Notes under the pieces: generated by a model
Databases searched by the model: none
The model's input: the letters and a program-made list of their open reading frames with translations, nothing else
What the model was told of the DNA's origin: nothing
From: Catajapyx aquilonaris
Taxonomy: Eukaryota
Direction of reading: 5' to 3'
Assembly (NCBI GenBank): GCA_000934665.2
Contig: KZ538452.1
Coordinates: 1-64,000 of the forward strand
Length of the DNA stretch: 64,000 bases
In this document: piece after piece, positions 1 through 9,092 of the stretch
Numbering within the stretch: position 1 is the first letter of the stretch
How the letters are laid out: each line of letters begins with the position of its first letter
Made by a program: the position numbers and the translations under genes

Positions 1-372
1 AATGCGCTTTCTCCAACTGTAGAATCCATGTTTTGCACAAGGGTGAGTGAGAGGGAGGGAGAGGGAGAGGGAGATCCACTGGGGGGAGGGGGGGGGCAAG
101 AGATGAAGGTACACAACGACGTGTCTGGTCCAGCGTGTACTTTATGGAGGACCAAAAAGGAGAAAATGAGGAAGACAAACAATTTACCTCTGGATACGAT
201 TCGTACTAGCGCATATTATTTTTTATTAAGTCATTTATTTATTTATAATCAGCCTATATCAATCGGACACCACAATAAAACAATAAAACAAAGTGTGTGA
301 ATATTGCAATAACACAAACGGTATTGATTCCAAAACAGGGTATTGATAGCGTTATACGGTACAACTATAGTA

Positions 373-756
373 CAGGGTGATTTTCTCGAATGGAAACCCT
401 AACATTCCTCAATAACTTTTTAATTATGGTATGGTTCACGATGAAAATGGACATGTACTTACCTTGTATCATGCCAAACAAGGTCTGACTAAAGAATTTA
501 CCAAAAGTGGTCCCCTCCAGCATCCAAGAATTTTTAAATCCGAGTCTGCATAGTGTGGAAGACTCCTGCCTATTCCCGGCGGGGATTGCACTCATCCCCG
601 CCGCGCCGGCCAGCCAACTTGGTGGGCGGGAATCTCAAGGCAACGGGTCCGTTTCCTTCAATCCTCCTGTCTTCCTGTCAATTTTCATCGTGAACCATAC
701 CATAATGAAAAAGTTATTGAGGAATGTTTGGGTTTCCATTCGAGAAAATCACCCTG
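373..756. mobile_element. MITE, Tc1/mariner-type (TA-flanked, CAGGGTG termini)
   Basis: 81-bp near-perfect TIRs, 373-453 (CAGGGTGATTTTCTCGAATGGAAACCC...) and 676-756. TA at 371-372 and 757-758. No coding capacity. Confidence 0.9.
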
Positions 757-1019
757 TATAATGTACTGTACAATGTGAATGCTATGTAAATAGTTGTTGT
801 ACTGTATTGTGTAAGCTGTAGGGAATAATGCCAAGAAAAAAGTCTGTACACATTCAGTACATACGAAACCATCGCAGGCTTAACTGCATACAGGGTGGAT
901 TAGAAGTCGGTACTTATTTTTATTTCCGAATAACCTTCCAACGAGTACACCTACGGAAGTGAATCATGATTCAAAATGTGCGGGAATTCATGAGAATTTA
1001 TCTGGGTGACACCTCAGTG

Positions 1020-1310
1020 CAGCCCCGGACACTACTCATATCATCAGATCTTATCGCCTGACGGGACGTTTTTGCGGGAGGTGCTCACTTGAGAGCGCCT
1101 TTCCGAATCTCTATACATACGTGGCGACCCTACCGGACCGGTCAAAATAATTTTGACCGACTCTTCCCTTCTTCCTAAGTTCAGCACGGTCCGGTAGGGT
1201 CGCCACATGTATTTGTATCAGAGACAGGCGCTCTCAAGTGAGCACCTCCCGCAAAACGCCCGGTCAGGCGATAAGAAGGAGTGACCAGACCTAAGTATTC
1301 TAAGGCCATG
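1020..1310. mobile_element. Nested hairpin element with 8-bp TSD, copy 1
   Basis: Flanked by CCTCAGTG at 1012-1019 and 1311-1318. Ends CAGCCC...GCCATG. Internal inverted repeat 1050-1275. Homologous end to end with 8375-8745. Confidence 0.8.
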
Positions 1311-1365
1311 CCTCAGTGACACATTGCTACTGTGTCGAGCGCAGCTTGACACTTCTTCCGCGGTG

Positions 1366-1521
1366 GCGCTGATAAGGGGGGCAGCTGTGAACAAAATGCC
1401 GGACCACCTCTCTCGCTCTCTGTGATATCTCACAGACCAGCCCCCGAACACTCCGTCCCCATTCGTATGTCACAGACAGGTGGTCCGACATTTTGTTCAC
1501 AGCTGCCCCCCTTATCAGTGC
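1366..1521. repeat. Internal inverted repeat (hairpin) of the 891-1574 MITE
   Basis: CTGATAAGGGGGGCAGCTGTGAACAAAATGCCGGACCACCT pairs with AGGTGGTCCGACATTTTGTTCACAGCTGCCCCCCTTATCAG. Confidence 0.85.
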
Positions 1522-1997
1522 TCTTGGAAAGTTTTTCGGAAATAAAAATAGGTACCGACTTCTGATCCACCCTGTAGTACTGTAGGCCTACATATCAGCA
1601 ACAACGTAACATATTCTTTCATTCAATACTTCTTACGGTACGTATTGCTTTCTATTTAATGACTTGAAACTGAAAGAGAAATGCGTATAATAAACACAAA
1701 ATATACTTTTATAAAATACTGTATACCAGTACAGAATTCAAATTCAAATGAGAGTTTGCTTTATGGAACGCTCTGAAAATTTTTGTGATCCGCTGATACG
1801 GAGGGCCCACTGTATATGGAAAACAGGACGAGAATGGAATTAAGGTGCCAATTTATCCGTCCAATCAGAAGCCGGTACTGAATGTTTCTGGTTTTATTAT
1901 TGGACGAATAAAGCTTTCCCATCATTGGCGCCTTTGCTCGTATACTTTTTCTGATTTACATATACTGTAGGCTACTGTACAATGAGAAGTGCTTTTT

Positions 1998-2569
1998 TTA
2001 CACAAATGAACACCCCCGCTTGTGCCTGCTCAGGGAGCCAGATTGAGTGTATGCCTTTCCACATACCGGTACGCAACGGTAAATGTATTTTTCGCCAGGG
2101 TGATGTAAGGTCTGGTGGCGTGTCATTGCGTGTCTCAGAGCAAACATTCTTCCACAAGTTTCGCAAAGATAAGGCTTTTCGCCAGTATGAATCTTTTTGT
2201 GACGCACCAAGTGGGAGCGTTCAGTGAAACTCTTCCCGCATGGGCACACATATGGCTTTTCGCCTGTGTGCACCCTGATATGGCGTTCCATATGTTCACG
2301 ATTACAGGTTGAATGCCCGCATTGTGCACATACATAAGGCTTTTTCCCTTGACGCTTAAACCTTTCGTATGCTTTTTTATGTCCACGAGTTGCGGACTTG
2401 CAATAGGTGTGATGATCTTCAATGATTGCGAGTAAGGCTGACTCTTCATGGTCTTCAGCATTGCTCTCTGGGTTAGTTGACAAATGGTCTTCATCATCTG
2501 CTTTGTCTGCCATCAAGCTTTGCTCCAAAGGATCGCTCTTCACCGAGTCCATTAGTGTCTCTTTCTTGC
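1998..2569 (-). CDS. C2H2 zinc-finger protein, terminal coding exon (4 fingers)
   Basis: ORF 1998-2552 has four fingers joined by HTGEKPY linkers (CAQC..H..H, CPC..H..H, CETC..H..H, CVPVC..H...C) after an acidic linker. A plausible acceptor (tgatattacag|GC AAG AAA GAG ACA CTA ATG) extends the exon in frame to 2569. Upstream exons not identified. Confidence 0.88.
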
Positions 2570-3053
2570 CTGTAATATCAACGCGAAGTACACGGGCATA
2601 TAAATATAATGGATATTGTGCGGAATTTGCATTATGTCACTCCTATTACTCTATTAGTATTGTGGTAGGATTTGGTTAAATTGTCAGCATAGGCCTACAT
2701 TTCAAGTGAATATTCAGTATGCTTCAAAGAGATACCGTACTGACAAACTTTTAGGATGACCTCGTGCGAGCCAGAGGATCTCTTTATGTCAGTGGGTAAT
2801 TTGGTGTTTACTGAGATAATGGGCTTTGCACCATGTTGTATAACATGTCATGGAAGGTTTGCATTCGAACGGGTATAGAAACCTTTGGTATGAAACAATA
2901 TTATATACTTACATATACTGCCGGTTTGCCTGGTACGAGACACTGCACTTTTGCAGTTTACTAGTTGTACGGGATGAACAGTATGCAAACCTACAGGAAA
3001 TATCTGAAGAAGATCAGAAACTTAAAATTGAAACATTGTTTTCATAATATCTA

Positions 3054-3994
3054 CGGGTCGTTCGGAAAAGATCCGCACTCGATTTATTGTCGCGGCATAC
3101 GTGGCTGCACGAAGTTGGCATTTGCCTCAACAGGGGGGGGACACTAGTACCCTACACTCTGTAAAAAGTTTGTCATATTCATCGCATCAGGTCAGCGACA
3201 GTGCCACTTGAAACGCGGGAGGGTGTAGACGGGCGTGGACAAGATGGAAAGTGACTATATCACGGCCAACGGTGGACAGCCTCGTTCATGTGGAAAGAAG
3301 GTGCGACAGCAGCGGACATTCACCGCCGTCTTGTGGCTATGTGTGGATAAGTGCCGGTTCCAGGCCGCATAACAGTTTACGACTGGATCCAGGAGTTCTA
3401 GGCAGGCCTGCCACAGTGGAAAAAGGGGTTAGAGCAGGCAGACCATCGACTTCTCGGACAGCTGCCATGGTGGGGACTTCATTATGGAAAATCGTCGAAT
3501 CACATTCGATGAACTGGAACTTGACACTGGCCTAAGTCGGGCCACCCTGAATGTCATCATTCATGATGATCGTGCTTTAAAAAAAGTGTGCGCGCATTGG
3601 GTTACGCGTGATCTCACTCCGCAGCAGAAAAAGGTGCGAGTCCAGAGGTGCCGAGAGTTACTGGAAGTTCGAGCTCAGTTACACTGTGTTGTCACATCCA
3701 CCCTATTTCACGGACCTGGCACCTTCTGACTATGGACTTTTCGACGTGATGAAGGAACCCCTCCGTGGACGAAGATTTGCCTATGCAGCTGAGCTCCAAG
3801 GAGCTGTCCATGACTGGGTGGTGAGGGAACCAAAAGAATGGTTCCGAGAGACGACCATGAAGTTGCCAGGAAGGTGGCAGCGGTGCATCGACCTCGGCGG
3901 AGAATACATTGAGGCAGCCCAAGTGTGATTCAGCCTCTGCTAGTACATGTAGTGGCAAAAAAAAATTGAGTGCGGATCATTTCCGAACGACCGG
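3054..3994 (+). mobile_element. Internally deleted mariner transposon
   Basis: 27-bp TIRs: CGGGTCGTTCGGAAAAGATCCGCACTC versus reverse complement CCGGTCGTTCGGAAATGATCCGCACTC. TA at 3052-3053 and 3995-3996. Transposase remnants inside. 941 bp, shorter than the usual ~1.3 kb. Confidence 0.92.
3430..3928 (+). pseudogene. Mariner transposase pseudogene (frameshifted, catalytic core deleted)
   Basis: GRPST linker, HTH region ENRRITFDELELDTGLSRATLNVII, WVTRDL (WVPHEL-type motif). Then, in another frame, HPPYFTDLAPSDYGLF (YSPDLAPSDY-type) and LPGRWQRCIDLGGEYIE. The TGDE and HDNA motifs are absent. Confidence 0.9.
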
Positions 3995-5734
3995 TATGTT
4001 TTTACTGGGAATTTCTAACATGATATATGAAGTGTGTATTACCTCTATAAGCGATTACACAGGATGGTTCACTGCCAAATTCCACAGTCAGGCAATTAAA
4101 TATGTTTCCTCCAACAATCATTTTAACAGAAGCAACACTGACAGAAAGCGATTATGCTCATGATATACGAGTATTATGTCGCTTCAAACGTTTTACACTG
4201 GATGCTGGGTAAATCACGAGGGTCTAAAACTAAGTGTAGGCTTACACCTGCGTACTGCATGCCTATAAGTATACTGCAACTAATTTCTTGAAGTTTGGAT
4301 TGATATGACATTTTTTTTTGCTAATATGATTGTGACTTGTTTAGTGACAACAATGGTAACATCAGTCCGAACATTAAAAAGTCTTGATATGTCTGTTTTA
4401 GTTAGCAATTTTTGGCACAAAACTGCTCATTTTTAAGAAGTTACTTTTGAATAGCTAATACCGGTTATCAAAAATATTCTCGTTAGTATTAGGTTATGCG
4501 GTCTGGTCAGGGGGGAAAATGGTTCTGTTTGATTTCAATTGCATTTGTTCCAATAGGCCACTCCCGCAAAATGTAGCTTATAGATTATAGAGCGTAAATG
4601 AATAAAAATAATCTTTCATTTGGGACTTCCTGTAACTACAATATGCTTTCAAAATGAAGGAATCCTGTTGGTACTTTCGGGATTTCTTGTTTCATACCAG
4701 AAGAATTTCTACAAGTTGACATGCAATCAGAAGATGATCACTTGGTGTCTTTGGATTGGTAATACTGGGCTAGCATCCAAAATAATGAAGAGTGTCTAGA
4801 TAAGGTAATGTAAATCACTACTTAAGTGAAGTGAACTAACCAAACGCTAAACATAAGTACATGAAATTTGCTATCCTGTGGATGCTAATGGCCTCGTCGT
4901 GTAAATCAAGAGCTCGAAAAGGTCCATCATCTTACTTAGACGGGATCCATGATACAAAACACGTGTGCCAATTAAAGTTTTTGGCAATTTATATGGGTCA
5001 TTCCATGTCAGTTCAGCCCCGTTTGGACCCTTGATGTGACGGATTTGAATGACATTCTACGTAGGATGATGATCACACCGCGTGACTAAAACATTGTACC
5101 AAAGCGTTTGGCCCTATTTTGATTTTTTACCTTTTTTGGAGGGGAGGGGGGGGGGGTAATTTTGAGCCTTCTCGTTGTATATAGACTCTTATTCTTTCGG
5201 CTGTTTCTCCGGAACTAATCAAGATACAGATGTGCTTTTGGTCTCCATTTACCCGGAAAAGCTGACATAATCGTATACTGGAGTTAATTATAAATTCTGA
5301 AATTTTTGTGTTAAAATATTTAAAATTAAAATCTTAAACATTGAAATTTTAAAAATATCTATATTTATTTTCCGCTGGTTTTAAGTTATGTTGTAGGCCT
5401 ATATGCGACCTACAAGGGTGTAAAAAAATCGTGTTGGGCAGTGCAATATTCTAGGTCTAGGAGATACGGCCTGTTAAGTGAGACCCACTCCATATGACGT
5501 CATTACAATGGGTACTGTACACCCAATGTGCGAATCGCCCCGCCTTGCTCGGCGCAAATGTTGAGATTCAAGATGGGATGTCCACTGGTGAGTGTAAGAC
5601 CCATTTAAAACTCATTTGGTGCCGCCCCCNNNNCCCCCCCCCCCCCATACGATATCATGCCTCGGCCACCCCACAAAAACAAATTGATAATAAGCGTTGC
5701 AGACATTTTAACGCTCTCAATTGTTTCAGACTGT

Positions 5735-6595
5735 GCATGAAATAAATAGGAATAAGTCACTGCGGTACGACACCATAATTTTAGCAACAAGCATCCACAA
5801 ATACAACAAACAAAGACGATCTTGAACCAAATTAATTCTGGTCATTTTAATCACAATACGTTAATTCCAGTGGCTGAAATGTAGTAGATTATGACATGGT
5901 CCACAAATGAGTTCAAGACTGCTTCTGATTGCTTACTTCAATTTATTATACTTGTAGATTGTAAAATTTTATTTTTATGTTTTATACTTGTACTTTGGCC
6001 TTTTAGGGGATCATCTTTTAATGAACTTACTTTAATATAATTTTCTTGCACTGTGATGGGTTTTGATTGTGGGAGGAAATGGCAGAACCCAGAGAAAACC
6101 CACAAAAACACGGAGAGAATCCATCGAAACTATATCCACAGAAGCATCCTGTGGCGATAACCACTAGGCTACACCACCACATCCCTATCCTTATGTTTTA
6201 TGTGTTATGCTTATTGTTGCTGTCTTAGAATAATCTAGAATTAAAATTATTTTATCACTTTCTTGCTGCCGCTGTCTGTTTTCATTACTCTACCCAGTCT
6301 ACCGTATTTCCTATAAATTATTTTAATATCTATTATTTTATGATTATGATTATAATTTATAATAAAAATCTGCAATATATAATAAATAGAAGAGAGCAGT
6401 CGGAAGCAGTCTTGAACACATTTTTGTGGACCATGTCATAATCTACTGAATTTCATCTATTGGAATTAACGTATTGTGGCTAAAATGACCAGAATTAATT
6501 CGGCTCAAGATCGTCTTTGTTTGTTGTATTTGTCTATGTTTGTTGTTAAAATTATGGTGTTGTACCACAGTGACTTATTCCTATTTATTTCATGC
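5735..6595. repeat. Foldback-like structure with ~225-bp inverted arms
   Basis: 5735-5960 (GCATGAAATAAATAGGAATAAGTCACTG...) is the reverse complement of 6367-6595 (...CAGTGACTTATTCCTATTTATTTCATGC) with scattered mismatches. No TSD seen. Confidence 0.85.
6065..6180 (-). mobile_element. Degenerate SINE fragment, V-SINE-like central domain
   Basis: TGTGGGAGGAAATGGCAGAACCCAGAGAAAACCCACAAAAACACGGAGAGAAT resembles, from memory, the reverse strand of the V-SINE/HE1 domain (GGAGGAAACCGGAG.ACCCGGAG.AAACCCAC...ACACGGGGAGAA). Pol III boxes not clear. Confidence 0.45.
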
Positions 6596-6660
6596 CGCTA
6601 TTTGGAAGATCGCGTTTTAAATCATGAATGAACCAATCACAGCTAGGGGAAATTCTAATA

Positions 6661-6859
6661 CAGGGTGTTTCAACTTTTTTGTCCGAACAGTTATCGGAAA
6701 AGCCTATGTATCTTCTAGCTATGTAGCCAGAATATGCCCTAACATTCCTGGCACATCCCTCAACTGATAAAGCCAGGGAAGCATCACTGCTAAAAATAAG
6801 CAGCTTAGTGCAATATTTCCGATAATATATTGTCCAGACAAAAAAGTTTAGACACCCTG
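6661..6859. mobile_element. Short MITE (TA-flanked, CAGGGTG termini)
   Basis: CAGGGTGTTTCAACTTTTTTGTC...TTATCGGAAA versus TTTCCGATAA...GACAAAAAAGTTAGACACCCTG. TA at 6659-6660 and 6860-6861. Confidence 0.85.
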
Positions 6860-7500
6860 TATTGTCTGATCGTACATCGGAACTCCTAAGGTACCGTACC
6901 TTTTCATTTCAAAGCCTTGCCTCAGTGTTTCCATCCCTTCAGAACTAAACCCCAATATATTAAGCTAAAGTATGAAGCTCAGTATGAAATAGTAACAAAT
7001 AGTTTGGCTACTTACTTTTATATGAATATTGTCAAAGTCGGCACTCGAAGATTCAGTGTGCACTTTCTGATTGCAGATTTACTTCTGACTCTCAGTAGGG
7101 AACAGAGGACAATAGCTACGAATGTTTACATGTTCTCCCGCTGTTGCCAGGTGGACAGGAGACATTCCTCACTGTTTGTGCGTTAATGCGATTTAGATAG
7201 GTTAGCTACATTCTTAGTAATATTCACATGCTCCCTGCTATAACAACCTTCACAATCCTGGGAATGCTGTGCGATTTTTTGATATTGTCTTGTAAAATGG
7301 GCACACCACGTTCCTATATTTTTATTTTTGGGTTTTTTCTTTATTGCTGGTATAACGATATTGTTAAAGAATCTTTGCTATATAGCAAAGCTTCTTTAAC
7401 AATATCGTTTTGTTGTCAATATTATGAAGTAAATTTCACTTTAACGTCGAGATTGCGTACTTCACCCCTTCATATTTTGCACTCTGACCCAAGCCATTCT

Positions 7501-7719
7501 AATTCTCCCTATAATATTTGTCTAATTTTTTTTTGCTGTCTGGGACGCTCCAAGGTATATCGCCGCTGGTGAGCATTCCACCTTCTGTTGGTGGCCACCA
7601 CCTCCCCCTCCCCCTCCCCCTCCTCTCCGTTCAAACTGACTGCAAATCCCAGTTTAACCGCCAATTCTCCCTATAATATTCGTCTCATTTTTTTGCGTCC
7701 GGAACACTGCAAGGTATAT
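7501..7719. repeat. Imperfect ~58-bp direct duplication
   Basis: AATTCTCCCTATAATATT...CAAGGTATAT at 7501-7560 and 7663-7719. Confidence 0.65.
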
Positions 7720-8168
7720 TATATCTCCGGAATTAGTCAGGTCAAAGTGTTCATTACTCCTACTGCTCAACATGGAACATTGCTCTCCAACAACAATGTG
7801 TTTACACAGAATGTTGTATACGACTATATCGCGAGGTGTTATTAAAACTTTTCTCATATCCATTCAGGAAGTGTACTGTACAGTATGTCCATTGATTCAA
7901 CCAATGCCACTAAATTTTTCAACCGCGTCTTTCGACCATCTATACGATATTTTCTTAGTTGTCACTCCGCGAGCCGCCCTCTCATTCTGTTTTGTCATTC
8001 CCATTATTGTCTTCCTCATTGCAGGTTTTGCCAAATTTTGGCTACGGGTGCGCTAGTTTTAGATATTACCATAACAACAGTCGTTCATGCAACAGTGTTG
8101 TTCCCTTCTCATCAATGCAATGGCAGAAAAATAGTTCATTTCTTGGGTGGAGGTCCTTATGTCATTAA

Positions 8169-9092
8169 AGGGACACTCCACTCAAAATACAAGTTGGCTT
8201 TTAAAAATCGGGCTAAAAATACTGATTCCGAGGGTATAAGCAGTTTTTCTCAGAGACGAACGGTAAGGCCAGGACGAGAGGTAAGATTCGTAAAATAATA
8301 GTCTCCCGCGCAGTAAGTGATGGGAAGAAAATCCCTCCAGCGGCCAGACGAGGAACTACACCGATGGACGGGACCAGCCCACGGACACTACCCCTATCTT
8401 CTGGGCTTATCACCTGCCGAGGGGTTTTGCAGCGGGTGCTCACTTGAGACCGCCACGAGACATTTCCCAGAGCATTTATGTGGCGACCCTACCGGACTAA
8501 GGCTGAACTTTACAGGTACGGAAGGGGAGGGCTACATTGGGTGGCCCAACATGGCCGCCGGCGGCCATGTTGGGCCAGCATGTAGCCACCCTCTCGTACC
8601 TATAAAGTTCAGCCTTAGTCCGGTAGGGTCGCCACATAAATGCTCTTTGAAATGTCTCGTGGCGGTCTCAAGTGAGCACCCGGTGCGTAATCCCTCGGCA
8701 GGGGGTGGGTGGGGAGTGACCTAACCTGAGTCTTCTACAGCCATGGACGGGACTGTTCCTGGACCGAATATCATGGGAAAAAAGAGAGTGCCCGACCTGA
8801 TACGGAGGCTAACGAGGCAGCCAGAAGCCCCAACGGTGCGGAGAAGGCATCACTTAGCTCGGACGGGGGGAAAGCACATTAAGCACCATCCCCTGGTCTA
8901 GTTCCGCTTCTCTGGTGGCGTCGCGTCGCCACCCGCGCCCAACCTGCTCCGCGCGCGGTTTTCGAACGACACACTTCCAGCTTTCCCCCTGGCCTTACCG
9001 TTCGTCTCTCAGAAAAACTCGTTATATCCTCGGAATCAGGATTTTTTGCTCGATTTTTAGAACCCAACTAGTATTTTGAGTGGAGTGTCCCT
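8169..9092. mobile_element. Kolobok-type MITE (TTAA TSD, AGGGACAC termini)
   Basis: About 105-bp TIRs: AGGGACACTCCACTCAAAATAC...GAACGGTAAGGCCAGG and its reverse complement at 8988-9092. TTAA at 8165-8168 and 9093-9096. Purine-starting termini with a TTAA TSD fit Kolobok better than piggyBac (CCY termini). Confidence 0.85.
8375..8745. mobile_element. Nested hairpin element with 8-bp TSD, copy 2
   Basis: Flanked by GACGGGAC at 8367-8374 and 8746-8753. Ends CAGCCC...GCCATG. Long inverted repeat 8413-8702 centred on a perfect 36-bp palindrome at 8542-8577. Confidence 0.8.

Larger units (their letters stand above)
891..1574. mobile_element. MITE, Tc1/mariner-type (TA-flanked, CAGGGTG termini), carrying a nested element and an internal hairpin
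   Basis: About 55-bp TIRs: CAGGGTGGATTAGAAGTCGGTACTTATTTTTATTTCCGAA... versus ...TTCGGAAATAAAAATAGGTACCGACTTCTGATCCACCCTG. TA at 889-890 and 1575-1576. Confidence 0.9.

Noticed and set aside
4995..5480. Possible DNA transposon starting GGGTCATTCCATGTCA
   Set aside because: No matching right terminus or TSD was found, so boundaries cannot be supported.
7870..8050. MADF-like peptide (YRWSKDAVEK...) on the minus strand
   Set aside because: It needs a frameshift, and the remaining conserved Trp positions are not convincing.
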